A stretch of 64,000 bases of DNA from Chrysomallon squamiferum (GCA_012295275.1 CM022665.1:310001-374000), one strand, 5' to 3'. Positions 1 through 15,279 are shown, counted from the stretch's first letter. Made by a program: numbers and translations. The notes: generated by a model from the sequence alone, not told the origin.

Positions 1-36
1 TGACTCTGTTGATTTCCGTTTGTTCATGGGTTAAAC
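1..36 (-). CDS. 5' part of an 'exon A' cassette of a further IAP-cluster gene copy, running off the left edge
   Basis: Reverse complement reads tttctgaaattacag|gtttaacccatgaacaaacggaaatcaacagagtca = (G)LTHEQTEINRV; same acceptor and exon start as the A exons of the 46.7-62.8 kb array. Confidence 0.55.
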
Positions 37-333
37 CTGTAATTTCAGAAATATAGATGAACATAAAATGATTTTACGTTAGAAATATGTGATGTATTTT
101 TCAGTAATTTTATGAAATGCATTAATATATTGATGATTCATATCTTGATCTGGAGACTGTTTTCTAAAACACCACGAAGAAATTAATACTTCTGATAATC
201 TACGTTTTCATGATTGTACTGCTCATTTACATTTAATGCGTATTATCCCAGATACAAATAAATAAAGTGTGATGTTATCAGACATAAAACTGAAGTAACA
301 AAGGTTAATATAAGGAAAATCTCTGTTACGCAC

Positions 334-370
334 CAGACTGCTCTATAAATAGATTCAAGTTTCTCTTCAT
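334..370 (-). CDS. Candidate first coding exon (MKRNLNLFIEQS, phase-1 donor), inverted copy of 46455-46491
   Basis: ATG...tct g|gtgcgt; 37 nt gives phase 1, compatible with the exon A acceptor at 38-37. Confidence 0.3.
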
Positions 371-1271
371 TCTTTCTGACTGTGTCTTTTACTTTGACAA
401 TTTAAGCAGTTTCTAAATTTAAATAAATTTAATTTGAGTATAATTATTAATAAAACACTGGAACGTGTTAAATTTGTAGACAAACTGATTCTATATTGAT
501 TACTGACCTCAAGAAATAAAATAACATGTACTATACATGTAGTCTGATGTAAGTATGAACTTTACCAAAGTTTAATCTGATAACATTCAGTCAATCAATT
601 AAAACATCAAACAAAATGTTGTGTTCTTTCATCACAGTTAAGAAATCATTAAACTAACAAATTTATCTTTTACAGAACTACTAATGTTTATTCAAATCTA
701 GCTACTACCACTGCAGGCAGTTAAGTCTTCTCGAACATTCTCGGAAATATTTTCGTTCATACAAGTTTCAGTTTCATAAAGAAACCAAAAAAAGAAGAAG
801 AAGAAAAAAAAAAAAAAAAAAGAAACTAAAACACGGAAATATTTTATAATATAAAGCAACACAAAACTAATAATTTTAAATATTTGTTTTAGCACGTAGT
901 CTATGAACTTTTAACTGTTACTGAAAACGATATTCAAGAATGGGCGACACAAACGGGTCAATATTTGTGACCTTTTCGTTGTCGCTCGTAACAAATACAA
1001 AGGAAGGTCGTTTTTTCTGTTATCTGAATGTGGTAAAACAGGTTAAAACGTAATCATTATTTCATAAACTGTCATGTTAATAAGCTCTTTAACTAAATGT
1101 AAGGTCCATGTCCATTTTACTGGAGTGTTTGAATCGAATAAAACCACTTCAATATTTGATATAAAATTTACAAAGAGGAAGTAATGTTAGAATCTGTTTG
1201 AAAAAATCAGCGTATTTACAAACATAAATATCTGATTACTGGATATAGAAAACTGTTATTACAATGTTTAT

Positions 1272-1430
1272 CGACTTACCCAAATTCCTAATCAAATTAT
1301 TTCTGTAAAGAACGACCCAAACACATCAATATGTTAAAAAGAGAAAACAAAACATACAGGTCGTCTCTGCGTGGTAACGATCACGTGACTCAAATTACGT
1401 GTACAAAGTGACATAAACATGGCGACTTTC
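1272..1430 (-). promoter_or_regulatory. Promoter-like module: YY1-like site, E-box, downstream GTAAGT donor
   Basis: aaacatggcg at 1415-1424, tcacgtga at 1381-1388, acttacc (donor on - strand) near 1274-1280. Confidence 0.35.
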
Positions 1431-2469
1431 CATTGAACCACTGATACGGAAAAATCTCATTTTATTTTATTTTATTTCATTTCATTTCACTTCATTTTAT
1501 TTATTTATATCCTAGTTAACTAAATATTAATAGTACTACAACTAGGTATATTGTTTACATGGTGAACTTTCTTATGCCTTAATAAGACGAACTCACAATT
1601 GAATAAACATTTTCTAGATGTTGTTATTATAATTCCATTTTTATTACTTTAACTCTCGTTTCATAAATCTAGAAAGATTTTCTGATAAACAAATATAAAT
1701 ATTTGTAATATTTTCATGTACGTTATACTCAGTGGACTAATTTGCCACGCATTAAATATAATATTAAAATATATTACTTTTATTACAGGAAAAATACACT
1801 AATCTTTATTTATATTACAGTTACTGCAATTTATTTTGTTTGAATACGCTTGCTGTTAAATGTGGTTAATTTTGAATTTTTCGATTTTCCTGTACGTTGT
1901 CCATAAAACCAACTTTGACACGAATAAAACTGATCTAAATGGTGACACAATACCAAAAACAGATTATTGACGATATTCTGAAAACACAGAGGAGACTTGC
2001 AAAACTGTAAACTGTTTATATTGTGTCTAACAGAAGCTTTTGTTACCGCCCCGTAGAAAAATATCACAGGTTTCTTATAAAAAGGAGAAGAAACAAATAA
2101 ATTAAAAAATGACAAAAGTCTTATAACTTAGCCTCAAACATTATTTATTTTTTTATTTATATTTTCTATTTTTTTTCATAAACACAGACTGAGATATACT
2201 TAAGCTCTCATTCACATTAGTAACATTTCTAAATGTTCTGAGTTATAGACTAATACCGCTTACAGACTCTTTATTTTTCTTAATGTTTTCTTTTTACTTA
2301 TTTAACAAAGAAGGTACATCAAATATCGCACGAGTCCAGGTCGTAGCTTCAGGGGTGTGGTTCACAGAGCACTGTCTATTAAACTCCATTGAAAAGTTAT
2401 CTGATCTTAACAAACAAACAAACAAACATATAAAGTTATCTGGCTTGGTCATGTAATTTAGAATATTAA

Positions 2470-2980
2470 ATATATACATACATGCACATATATACATACG
2501 TACGTACATACATTCATCCATACAAATGCACATACATAGGCCTATACACATAAACATACATACATCGGAACATACATATGTACGTGCATTTATACACAGA
2601 CATACGTTCATATATACAAACATACATATTCACACACACAAATACATACATATAAATATGCATACATTCATATACATGCACGCATGCACACACGCAAGCA
2701 CACACGCAAGCACACATACATACATACGTACATACATTCATATATACTCATGCATACATACATACATACAAACATAGATACATACATACACACATACATA
2801 CATACGTACATACATTCATATATACTTATGCATACATAAATACATACATACATACATACATATATACATACATACATATATACATACATACGTACATACA
2901 TTCATATATACAATTCAGAATAATAATAATAATAATAATAACAACAGCAACAACAACAACAACAGCAACAATAATAATAA
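2470..2980. repeat. Degenerate (CATA)n/(CA)n microsatellite followed by (AAT)n/(AAC)n
   Basis: Directly visible; source of the spurious MYVC/HTYI ORFs; inverted copy at about 43840-44355. Confidence 0.95.
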
Positions 2981-5900
2981 TTAAGATGGTGATGATGATG
3001 GAAATGACATACAAATATATAATTCTACTGAACACGACATTTTTATTTTTTCAGACTATTTTATTTCTTTTTAAAGATTTCTACAATGAACAACACTAAA
3101 ACAATATTTTGTACAATTTATCATTCTGAAAACAAATAGGTTTCAAAAACGACCAAGAATGCAATAACTTACAAAAGTCGTTATGCATAACGTGGTGGCT
3201 TTATCATAAAATTGTTCGAGAATTAATCCTACCAGTCAACACACTTGACTGAACACCAGTAGTTACCTTTGTTATTGCTTTGAATAAATTGCTGTATATA
3301 TTTATAACCTATTATGTTAAAGTAGATTTCTACTGATTTGATCGATATACATTTCGATGTGTCATTTATATTATGTCTAACAGCAACTTTTGTTACCGCC
3401 CAGTAGAAAAATATCATAACAAAAAGATTTAGAAAATATTTATTCAAATCTGGGTACGTTTTTTTTCAAGCATATAGGAAAATAATATACAAGAACGTTT
3501 GTTATTTTAATGAATTATTTAGTCCGTTGTAAAAATAGAGGTTTCGGTTTCAAAAACGTAAGAAAGAACACGGAAATACTTCCGAGTGTTAGCAAAATAA
3601 ATAATGATAATTTTAAATGTTTGTCTCATCTACACACTCCTAACTATTATTGAAAACTATATTGAAGAAGCGTGGTTATACAGATCGTTCAGTATTTGCG
3701 ACCTTTTGGTTGTCGTTTATATCAAATACAAAAAGAGGAAAATCATATACAACAACGTTTGCATTTACTTAGTTGTAATTTAAATAAAATATATATGCAT
3801 TTTTACTACAATAAAATATAATTTATTCAGAAAGATATATATAAATAAACAAACAAAACTAAATAAAATAACTAACTAAATACAATTTAATTAAAAAAAA
3901 ACAAAAAAAAAAAAACGTTTTCTATATATTTTAATTTGAATCTTGTCAGGCATAACAGAGGTTTCAGATTCACTAAAGAAAAGAAGTATACGGAAATATT
4001 TTATAATTTAGCAACAAAAGGCTAAAGATTTTAAATAATTGATTTAACACTTACTCTATACACTCCTAACAGTTACTGAGAAAGATATTCAATAAGTGTA
4101 CGACACAAACGGGTCAATATTTGTGACCTTTTCGTTATCGCAAATAACAAATACAAAAGAATGTCGATTTGAAGATAGTCAAATATATTAAAACGTATTT
4201 TTTATTTCAAATATTGGTCCTGTTATTCCTCTTATTCAATTAAATCCAGTGCCCTTTTTACGTGAGTGCTTGTCATGAATAAAATCGACCAGAAAAACTT
4301 TACTAAGAAATTTACACGAAGTTAAACAAGGACGTAAAGTTAAAATCAGTTTAATATATTTGAAAAGTATCAGAATATTTACAGACATTAATATCTGATT
4401 ACTTGATGAAGAAAACTTATTAAAATGTTTATTAACTTACCTATATTCCTAACCACATGACTTATGTAAATGACAGCTGAAACACACTGATAAATATATC
4501 GATATTTTCTCGTATAATTACTAGAAATATTTTAGTCCGTTGTAAAAACAGAGGTTTCGATTTCAGAAAAGAAAGAATGAACACGGAAATATTTCCTAAT
4601 GTTATCAAAATAAAGCTGACAATGTTAAATGCTTGTCTGAACACTCACTCTATACACGATACTGAAGAAGGGTGATAATGAGATACTTCAGTATTTGCGA
4701 CCTTTTGGTTGTCGTTTATAATAAATACAAAAAACGGATGTTTTCTCTTTTATCTGAATATAATGAAATATGTTAATAAATATTTCAAACACTGGTCATG
4801 TTATTAAACTCTTTTCACTAAATTAAATCGAAGGTCTAAATTAAATCGTTATTAGCTGTGAAAATGTACACAGTGTAAACAAGGAAGTAATGTTGAAACC
4901 AGTTTCATACATTTAAAAAATATACATATATCTATAGACATAAATGTATATTTACAGACATAAATTACTAGATATAGAAAACTGTTATTAAAATGTTTAT
5001 AAACTTCTAAAAATTCCAGATCAAATTATTTCTGTAAAGAACAGCTCAAGTTCATCGGTGAATTAAAAACTGACAACAAAATATTTATGGATGGTCACTA
5101 CGTCGTAACGATAGAAATAAACTTAGCAAACCATTGAACTGCTCATAATCTTAGCCACAAATCTTTTCATTTTTTATTTGTTTCTTTGTTTGCTTGTTTA
5201 TATATTTCATTTCACATATTTATTGATGTGTTTTATTTTATTTTATTTTATTTATTTACAGTTTGTTGAATACAATGGGTTTTTTTCTTATAGTAAAAGA
5301 AAACTTTCCCATATAATAACTTCCTATGTCTTATGCCTTAATAAGACCAACTAAGATTTGAATAAACAATTTCTAAATGTTGTTATTTTTAAATTAGTTC
5401 CATTTTATTACTTTAACTTACTCTTCATAAATCTAGAAATATTTTCTGATAGACAGATACAAACATTTATAATATTTTCATGTACTCAGTAGACTAAAAT
5501 AATAATATTAAAATATATTTCTTTAATTACAGTACAAATACACTAATATTTATTAATATTAGAGTATTCTATATATATATATATATTTTTTTTTTTTTGA
5601 ATACTCTTGTTATTAAACAGCGGTCAATTTGGAATCTTTGGATTTTCCTATATATTATACATAAAACCAACTCTGACAGGAATAAAACTGATCTAAATGG
5701 TGGCACATAACAAAAACTGATTCTGTATAATATTCTGTATATACAGAGTCGACTTGCAAAACTGTAAACTTTTCATTTTGTGTCTAACAGTAACTTTTGT
5801 TATCGCCCTCTGAAAACTGGTGAAAAGTTTTCCTCATACGCTCTCATAAATAAATAAATAAAATTTATATCTAAATTATAAGATACCAGTAGAATTTCGA

Positions 5901-7313
5901 CATATTCGTAGGTATATTTTATTTTATTTTTGTTTGTTTATTTGTTTTTACATTTTATTCTTAGCTAACTGATTTGTCTTGTATATTTTACTGTATATAA
6001 TAATAATAATAATAATAGTAGTAGTAGTAAAAATAAATTAAAAAATGTCCAAATGTTATTGTTTTTTGACATTTTGAAATGAAATATTGTCAGGAATAGT
6101 AGATCTTCAATTCTAAAAATAGAGCTTTCAGTTTCACGAAGGAGAGAAAGAAAAAAGAAATACTTTATAATGTTAGCAACATAAATCTAATAATTTTAAA
6201 TATTTGTCTTAACACTTACTCACTCTGTACACGTCTAACAGTTATTTAGAACCATATTCAAAAGTGGGAGACACAAATCTTTGTGACCTTCTCGTTGTCG
6301 CTCGTAACAAATACAAAAGAAAGTCGTTTTTCTCTGTTACATGAATATAGTAAAACAGGATAAAACATAATCATTATTTAAAATACTAGTTTTATTATTA
6401 AAGCTTTCTTAAAACTAAATCCTAGGTCTATGCATGTTTCACATGAGCCAATGAATTTAATAAAATCGACGAGAAAAGCTTCATTATTAGCTGTAAAAAT
6501 GTTAACAATGTTAAACAAGTAAGTAAAGTTAAAAATTGCATAATAATAATAATATACAAAAAAGGCTATACAGTCATGTCGGGATTCTTATGAAGGCGTG
6601 CTTTTATTTTAAACTTGATGATCACAAATAACAGTTTTGACAGTGGTTCACAATAGTGTCACAACCTATCACAGATTCCTTTTGTGTCAGGATTAAAGTT
6701 TGATTAAAATTTTGACCTGTACGTACTAACGGCGCACTGACACAGCTATTATGTTGGCGCGCTTTTATCGGCGTGTTTTGTAGGTGTGCCTTTTACTGCA
6801 TTTTTAACCTGTATCTTGTCACAAATAACAGAGGTTTCAGTTTCACAAAAGAAAAGACGTACACGGAAATATTTTATAAAGTTAACAACGTAAAACTAAT
6901 AATTTTAGACATGTATTCGTGTGTCTGTGTGTGTGTGTGTGTCTGTGTGTTTTATAATAATAATAATAATAATAATATGCATACTTTGCTTCACCTAACT
7001 TTTGAAACAAATGGTTTGTAGAGTTTCATAAAAATAATTTTACATCCTTTTATGAATTTAACAATAATAACTGCAATAACATCAACAATAATAACTAATA
7101 ATAACAATAATAATAACGGTAATGACAAGATCAATAATATAACAGTAACAACAACAACAACACAATAATAATAATAATAATAATAATAATAACGATAACA
7201 ATAGTAAAGAAAAATATAACAGAAAAAAAAAACGAAAAAAAAGAAGACGAAGAAAATAAAACTAACTAACGAGATAAATAAATCAAGTACAATGAAATAA
7301 ATCTACAATATAC

Positions 7314-7600
7314 CTACAGTTGCACGTTCTGTGTTTCTTGTTGTTTCACTTAGAACGCAACTCAGTCCTTCAGATTTGTGAATAAATAAGATTTTTGTAA
7401 ATTTTAATTCTGTTGACACGAACTCATTTAAAATATCATTTTCTGGGACGTAAAATTCTTCAATATTTCTATCTTCAGATGTTTTTGTGATATTCCGATA
7501 TTGGATGTGTCTAATGTTTTTTTGGTAAACCTATACTCTTCTAATAACAAAACGTGACATCTTCTATTTTCATTAAGATCAGTATCTCTGTCATAGAAGT
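7314..7600 (-). pseudogene. Remnant of the 3' end of the IAP pre-RING exon with its donor
   Basis: Reverse complement aaatctgaaggactgagttgcgtt...gcaactgtag|gtatattgtagatttatttca aligns with 19279-19362 (aaatctgaagaaacgagt...gcatctgaag|gtatattgtagttttatttca). Confidence 0.6.
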
Positions 7601-8279
7601 TTAATATGTTAAAACGTAATTATTATTTCGAATACTGGTCATGTTATTAAACTCTGTAACTAAATCCAGTGTCTAAGTATGTTTTACATGACTCACAGAA
7701 TCCAGCAAAATGGACGAGAAAAATTTCGTTAATAGCAGAGAAATTTTATACAACGTAAACAATGAAGTAATGTTAAATTAGTGTCATACATTTAAAAAGT
7801 TTAAATATCTCTGCAGAGATAAATGTATATTTATAGACATAAATAACTAGATACAGAAAACTGTTAATATTTTTTTTTTTGTAAACTTACTTAAATTTCT
7901 AGTAACATTGTTTCTATAAAGAACAGCTCAAACTCTTCGATATATTAAAAACAGAAAATAAAACGTATACGGGTTGTCTCGACCTCGTAATGATTACGTG
8001 TCTCAATTTACGTGTACAAAATCAACTTGGTAACATTCCAGAAATCTAACTGCTGTTTAGAATAATCTCATAACTTAGGCTACAACCATTTTTCATTTTA
8101 TTACTTATTTATTTATTTATTTATTTATTTTGTTGAATACATTCTATTTTATTCTAGTAAAAGTTAACTAAACATTATTCATCAGAAAAATCTGATACTG
8201 TAGGCAACAAACATTATTTATTTTATTTTATTTGTTTGTTTATATATTTCATTTCATTCATTTATTTAAGTATTTTATT

Positions 8280-8314
<35 letters not shown>

Positions 8315-9441
8315 TATTCTAAATATTGATACAACTAGGTATATTGTGTACATATTGAACTTTCTTGTGCCTTAATAAGACGAACTCAGAAATGAATAAA
8401 CATTTTCTAAAAGTTGTTATTATAATATTAATTCTATTTTTATTACTTTAAATCCCTCTAGAAAGATTTTCTGATAGATAAATATAAATATTTGTAATAT
8501 GTTCATGTACATTAAACTTAATTTTGCACGTATAAAATATAATAATATTAAAATATATTACTTTCATTACAGTAGAAATACACTAATCTTTATTTATATT
8601 ACCGCTGTTGCAGTCTATTTGCTTTGAATACTCTTGCCATTAAAGAGCAATCAATTGTGAATTTTTACTATTTGCTGTTACACTTTTTGTACATCAGATT
8701 GTTAAATAATAACTCTAGTATAGCTTTTATAAATGTTCTTTTTTTGTTGTTGTGACTGATATTCCTTTTTCTTTTCTTCTTCTTCCTTTTTTATTTTTCC
8801 TTTTTTTATTTTAGAAGATTACAATACAGTTTTCTAAATAAATCTTTTAAATCGTATACTTTCAAGTTCTTAGTAATTTTTTGTTGTGATTTGAGATGGT
8901 TTATAGGTAAGTAAATTTGTATAGCTAGTATCAAATTAAAATCGTCACATATCATATATTATTTTGCTGAATTGTTCAGTATTGTGTAAAATATGTTGAA
9001 AAAAAAATAAAGGTTTGTTTAAATTAGAACCATATATATTCGCAATGGTATTCTGTCCTTATTATATGTATTGCTATTTTAACTTGTTTTAAAAACATCG
9101 GTTAATTATTCTTAATTTCGAAATTTTCCCCAACGAAAGAAATTTTAAAAGGAAGACGAACAAAAAATAAAGTAATTAATACGAGACATTTTTAGGGCAG
9201 AAAGGAAGTAAAAAGAAAATATAATAAGAAAAACAACAAATAAGTAACTTTTTGGTCAAAGGGCCCGGTTTCCTTTCCTCATAATATTTGTAATATATAA
9301 AATAAAACCATTTTAACTGTAATTGTAAAACACTTAGAATAAACAAACAAACTAACAAATATATAAAGTTATCTGGCTTGGTCATGTAATTTAGAATATT
9401 ACATACATACGACATTAATACATACATTGAAATACATACAT

Positions 9442-9480
<39 letters not shown>

Positions 9481-9853
9481 TAGGTATACATACGTGCACA
9501 TACATACACACGTACATACATACATTCATACATACAAACACATATACATAGGCCAAAATACACATACACATACATATGTACGTGCATTCATACATAGACA
9601 CACATACATATATACAAACATACATACTCACACATACAAACAAATACATACATAAAAACATGCATACATTCACACATTAGTACGCATGCACACATACATA
9701 CATACATACATATATAAAAACAAAAAATACTCAGTAATGTGTGTAAGGTAGCTTGAGGGATGGGTCCCAAAGATCATTTTCTACTGAACTCCACTGGTAT
9801 TTCTGAGCTGATTTTATGTAAAGTTATCTGATCTTAAATTAGAGCGCAATTCA

Positions 9854-9904
<51 letters not shown>

Positions 9905-12383
9905 CAACAACAACAACAACAACAATAATAATACTTATGATGGAAATGACATACAAATATATCATTCTACTGAACACGACATTTTTATTTTTTCAAACTA
10001 TTTTATTTCTTGTTAAAGATTTCTACAATGAACAACACTAAAATAATATTTTGTACAATTTATCATTCTGAAAATAAATAGGATTTAAAAACAACCAAAC
10101 TGTTCGATGAAATAAGTTGTAATAGTGTTATGCATAACGTGGTTGTTTATCATAAAACTGTTCAAGAATTAAATCTACCAGTCAACACACTTGACTGAAC
10201 ACCAGTAGTTACCTTTGTTATTGCTTTGAATACACTGCTGTATATATTTATAACCTATTATGTTAAAGTAGACTTCTACCGATTTGAGAGATATACATTT
10301 CAATGGGTCATGAATGCTTTGTACTGTGGGGTCTTGCATGTGAATCTATTCATTTCTTATAAATGTTTGTATGCTGTTAAAGAGGGCTGGTGGTTTAACG
10401 GATAATTATATTACTCTATAATTATGTACATCGTAAAGTTACAAGTAATGATTTTACTAGAGTGAACGCATGGCAATGCAGACCAAAAGCTTTAATAATA
10501 AAATATGATAACAGCAAAACAAATCCAGGTTATTCGAAGGAAGTTAAATCTTATACAGAAATGTAAAACACTACTACTACTACATTTTTATACAGCTACA
10601 ATATTGTACTGACAACGTCACCACTGACAACAACAGCAGCAGAGAAATAAGAAACTTTAATTAATTAAATAATAAAAACAAATTAACATTTTGCTACAGA
10701 TATTTAAAAAAGTAATTACATTTGATTAATTAAAGGATATTGCTGGCAACATTTTCATTTGTTTTTACTTTTCTAATAGAAGCAACACCAAGTTTTAATA
10801 CAGAAGTCTAAACCAAAAATTACATTTAGAATTATCGGACATTTTCTGTCACAGTGAATGGACGGACAAAACTGGATGAAAACTGGTGCAGAATTTTCTT
10901 CTAATGACTAGATATCTATTTTTAAAATTGTATACATTTGCAGCCATGTATACATAGGTGTGAACATTTTAAGTTAATACCAAACTTCTCGTTGATGCAG
11001 TAAAAACTATTAAACACAGAACGGCAGGGTAGATGTACGAGGTTTCCTTACAGAGAATTAAAAAAAACATGACCGCACGAATGTTACTCAGTACTATGGT
11101 AAAAGAAACATTGGCGTATTTTGGGGGGAGTCTCTGTCTTTCCTTACTATCCATCTATCCATCCATCTCTGTAGCATCCATTATTCATCCGTCTGTCCAT
11201 CTGTTTAATCATCTGTCAATCCATCTTTCTATTCATCCATATATTTATGTATCTTTGTCTATCTGTTCATCGATCTATCTGTATATCTGCTATTTTTAAA
11301 CAATTCGAATTTATAATTTGTCCTTTTAAATAATAAAATTAAACATACGATATTTTATTTTATTTTATTTTTTATCATATATTTCTTTAAATATATATAT
11401 ATATATACACACATACATACACAGATGGATAGATAGATGATAATTAGATATAGATATGCAAGTATGTAGTTTTAGGATTTTGAATATTCTCTGTTTTATG
11501 TACATGTGATTAGACTCTGCGCACAGACAATATTCGTTGGCGCAGGAGGACAAAGTCCAATCACAACCTTACAAATACCGTCAGATGCCGCTGAGGAGAC
11601 TCGAACTAGTTTATTTCTTGTTAAAGATTTCTACAATGAACAACACTAAAACAATATTTTGTACAATTTATCATTCTGAAAATAAATTGGATTTAAACGA
11701 CCAAACCGTTGAATGAAACAACTTACAAAAGTCATTATGTATAACATGGTAGCTTATCATAAAACTGTTCAAGAATTAATTCTACCAGTCAACAAACATT
11801 CACTAACTAATAAATATACTACTATATAATTATGTACATCATACATTTACAAGAGGCTATCTTACTAGATCGAACTCATGGTAGTGCAAACCAAATGCTT
11901 TAATATTTGCCATGAAAATATGAAATTAAAAAATGTGTCCACATGACTGTCCTCGATTTCATTCTTTGTTAATAATAAAATACAATAACTTAAAATAACT
12001 CCAGGTTATTTGAAGGAAGTTAAATCTTATACAGAGAAATAGAGAACGATAAAAAGGTTGTTAACAGGAGACATTTTCAGGGCAGAAAGGAAGTAGAAAG
12101 GAAATATAATAAGGAAAACAACAAGCCAATTTGTTGGTCAAAGGTCCCGCTTTCCCAAACAACAAACAAACAAATATAAATAGTTACTTAGCGATTTGAA
12201 TTTCCCGCTCGCTTAGATGGTAATATAATTTAGAATTTGACATACATATCGACATACATACATACATATATACATACATACATACATACATACATACGTA
12301 CATGCATTCATACATGCATATATACGTATGTATGTATGTATGAATGTCGACACGCACACACACACACACACACGTATACAAAC

Positions 12384-12416
<33 letters not shown>

Positions 12417-12589
12417 AACACAAATATGATTTGATCAATAACAATAGAACACATCACATATATATATATACACATACATATATGCATATAGATAGATAGA
12501 TAATAGATAAATCTAAATATATAGATATATAGATATACAGATATAGATACAGATATAGACATACATATGTATTACAACACAGAAAAATC

Positions 12590-12987
12590 TTTTATATGTT
12601 CTGTTATTAGTTTTCTAATAATGTGAGGGACAAAATGCATATTGCATTGTATTTACCTTTGGGGTTGTATATTTTTGCCGTTTGGTATTCGACATTGTTT
12701 ACATATTATATATAGCGTATTTTGTTCATAAACTAAATAACTGCATGACACCTCACTCAGTATCATGTACATTATAAAACAGTCATACACTTTATCTAAA
12801 GTAACAGTAATAAATCATATTTCTAAAATTGTTAGTGCGAAACTGTAAAAAAATCAATCTACAAATACTCATGTTTATTCTTTTCTTAGGTGAATTAAAA
12901 TTTATCAGATCGTCAAAAAAAAAAAAAAAAAATAAATAAATAAATAAAAAATAAAAAAACATTATAAAAAAAATGGTTAAAAACAGA
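12590..12987 (-). other. IAP 3' UTR-like sequence
   Basis: Reverse complement aligns with 20312-20663 (e.g. tgactgttttataatgtacatga, tttagtttatgaacaaaatacg, cacattattagaaaacta). Confidence 0.75.
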
Positions 12988-13166
12988 TTAACACAAGAAA
13001 GCTCGCACAGTGGCTTGGATTATCTCTCTACAAAGTGGACATCTTCGCAGTCTGGACGCACCATCTTCACAGCAACAAAGATGACCGCAGGGCAGGAAAA
13101 CCATTCTGACCCTGTTTTCAAGACAAACTTTGCAGATCAGTGGACTGTTATCATCCGGCAAGGACT
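12988..13166 (-). pseudogene. Orphan terminal RING (C3HC4, IAP-type) exon
   Basis: tttaacag| phase 1, (E)SLPDDNSPLICKVCLENRVRMVFLPCGHLCCCEDGASRLRRCPLCREIIQATVRAFLC*; closely similar to 20145-20311; sixth Zn ligand is Gly; no BIR exon recognised upstream. Confidence 0.85.
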
Positions 13167-13410
13167 CTGTTAAATATCACAGAGTACGTAATAAAAACAA
13201 TATAATTCTTGTACGTTAAGTAATGTGTATATTTTGTAACAAAGGACAGTTTAAAATAAATCAAATAACTTATATATTTTATTACACATAACCTTTGAAA
13301 CAAATGGTTTGTAGGTTTTATCGTAAAAGTGTCTTGACCCTTCACAAGGTTTTACGAATATACTAAAAGGTTTTCTGTATTTCTTTCCTCCTTAAATATA
13401 TCAGATAACA

Positions 13411-13464
<54 letters not shown>

Positions 13465-13679
13465 GAAATACCAGTAACATCACTGACAGCAATAACAATA
13501 ATTACACCATCAATAATAAATAAATAAGTAAGTAAATAAATAAAATAAAATAAAATAAAAAAGCTGTTGTGAAGCACGTCTGCGACCGTCACGCTCTCTG
13601 ACAAAGCCAGGGTGTGTGTATCTGTCGTAGAAAAGAGACGAGGGAGGTAAAAGAAGTTGTTCTCGTTTCCACTGCAGAC

Positions 13680-13875
13680 TAAAGAGTTACGAATTGGTTG
13701 TGATGTTTAGTCGGTTTTTTTTCCGCTTGTTGATGTTTCAAGATTTGTGCTTGTTCGTTCATTTTGTTGTTTTTATCACCAAATTCGTGAGGGGCTGGTC
13801 CTGTTTGTTTACCGATTCTGTGAGCTTTCTTAACATGTTCATCTCCTTCTTGGCCGGTTCTTTTATAATCCAACA
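13680..13875 (-). mobile_element. Possible LINE ORF1-like fragment
   Basis: KKAHRIGKQTGPAP resembles the AHRIG...PRP motif of LINE ORF1 proteins; short and degraded. Confidence 0.25.
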
Positions 13876-14659
13876 GTTAGCAACTTTTTTTTATTTTTAT
13901 TTTTTATTTTTTATTTATTTTTTATTTTTTACTATTATTATTATTTTTTATTTTTTTTTTGGCCAGTGATCTTTCTGTTAGTTAAAAAAATATTATATAC
14001 ACATGAACAAATATTAATAACGGGGAAATAAATAAATAAATAAATAAATAAATAGGAAAGTTAAATAAATATCGTTTAAGTAAAGTTAAAAATAAATAAA
14101 TCAATAAAAAATAAAAACAAATAGTTATATCAACAAGAACAACAACAGCAATCACATAGTACTCATGATAACCTTTCATTTGATCTATATTAGTTTTAAG
14201 GTTTTAATTTTCATTTCCTCTTTTTCAAGCTTGAAATGACAAGTTTTGTTGGTATCTGAAATGAATAAGAAAGTTATTAACTTATTTACATTATTATATA
14301 CAGTTTTCTGCAGAAACGCATACATGCATATGCACACACACATACAAATGTACACACATACATATACATTTAAAATTATATTATTAAATTAGTTTAATCA
14401 GATAGTCAATCAATTGATCAATCAGCCGATCAGTACATCAATTAGCTGGTCAATCAATTAATCTGTAAGTCAATTAAATTATTTATTTATTTATTTATTT
14501 TTATTTATTTATTTTTTTATTTATTCGTTTTTTGTATTTAGTGTATTTGATTCATGTTTTGTTTGTTATTGTGTCTGTTATTTTAATATTGTGTTTTTTG
14601 TATTTTAATTGTTTTTATAAATTATTACGTGAATGTCTTATTTTGCGCTATGTTTTTTA

Positions 14660-15160
14660 ATTTATTTAATCAAACGTTCGTGTGTTTATGTATTTGTTTG
14701 TAATGTAAGCTGTTACTGCAGCGAGGACTAATTCTCTGTTTTTCTGGTGCCAAGATATTTTTAGGTGTGAATTCAATTTTCAGTTCGTCAGATGTGTCAA
14801 GTAGCGTTAATCATTCCTTGGTTAAAACTGGACAATGAAGAAGTATAGTTTCATGGTTTCAGAAAGTCCACAGCTGCAGTTGGGTGATGTGGTTATTTTA
14901 TATTTTAAGCCGATTCTGAGTCTGGTCAGCTTGTTGTTACGTAATTCGTTACTCACAGTGATTTTGGGTGTTTTGATAACTGGTTTGATATTAAAGTGCA
15001 AGATGTTTTTGGTGTTATTCCATTCGTTCTGCCACTGTTTGTTATACTATTTGGCTGCAATGGATAAAATTTCGTTTGTTCCGTAGTGTATGTCTGTGCA
15101 GATGTCTTTGTCTTTGATATTGAGTGACTCTTTGGCATAATGATTAACTGTTTGTTGTTG
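14660..15160 (-). mobile_element. 3' fragment of a non-LTR retrotransposon ORF2 (I-group-like, post-RNase H region plus CCHC knuckle)
   Basis: Translates as VNHYAKES...KQWQNEWNNTK...LTRLRIG...SPNCSCGLSETM/(frameshift)ILLHCP, with one stop; WQxxW, LTRLRIG and CxC...ET..ILLHCP are typical of this region. Confidence 0.7.
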
Positions 15161-15279
15161 TGTAGTCTTTCTTCATGTAGATGGTATATACTGTTGAGTA
15201 AATCTAGTCTGGTGGAATGTCCAGATTGAAATGATGTAATAGAACAACTAAGGCTGTCTCAGAATGAAAGATCCGAACT

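Larger units (their letters stand above)
108..12200 (-). repeat. Left arm of large inverted segmental duplication (partner about 34500-46722)
   Basis: Identical ORF-track peptides on opposite strands (2294..2623- = 44204..44533+; 1831..2115- = 44712..44996+; coordinates sum to 46827). More diverged, indel-containing matches continue (6773..7021 vs 40224..40472; 8670-8710 vs 36880-36920; 10260-10330 vs 34840-34910). Outer boundary approximate. Confidence 0.9.

Noticed and set aside
2294-3035. Overlapping ORFs rich in MYVC/HTYI (also 9176-9770, 12184-12562, 43786-44533)
   Set aside because: Translations of (CATA)n/(CA)n microsatellites; no protein signal
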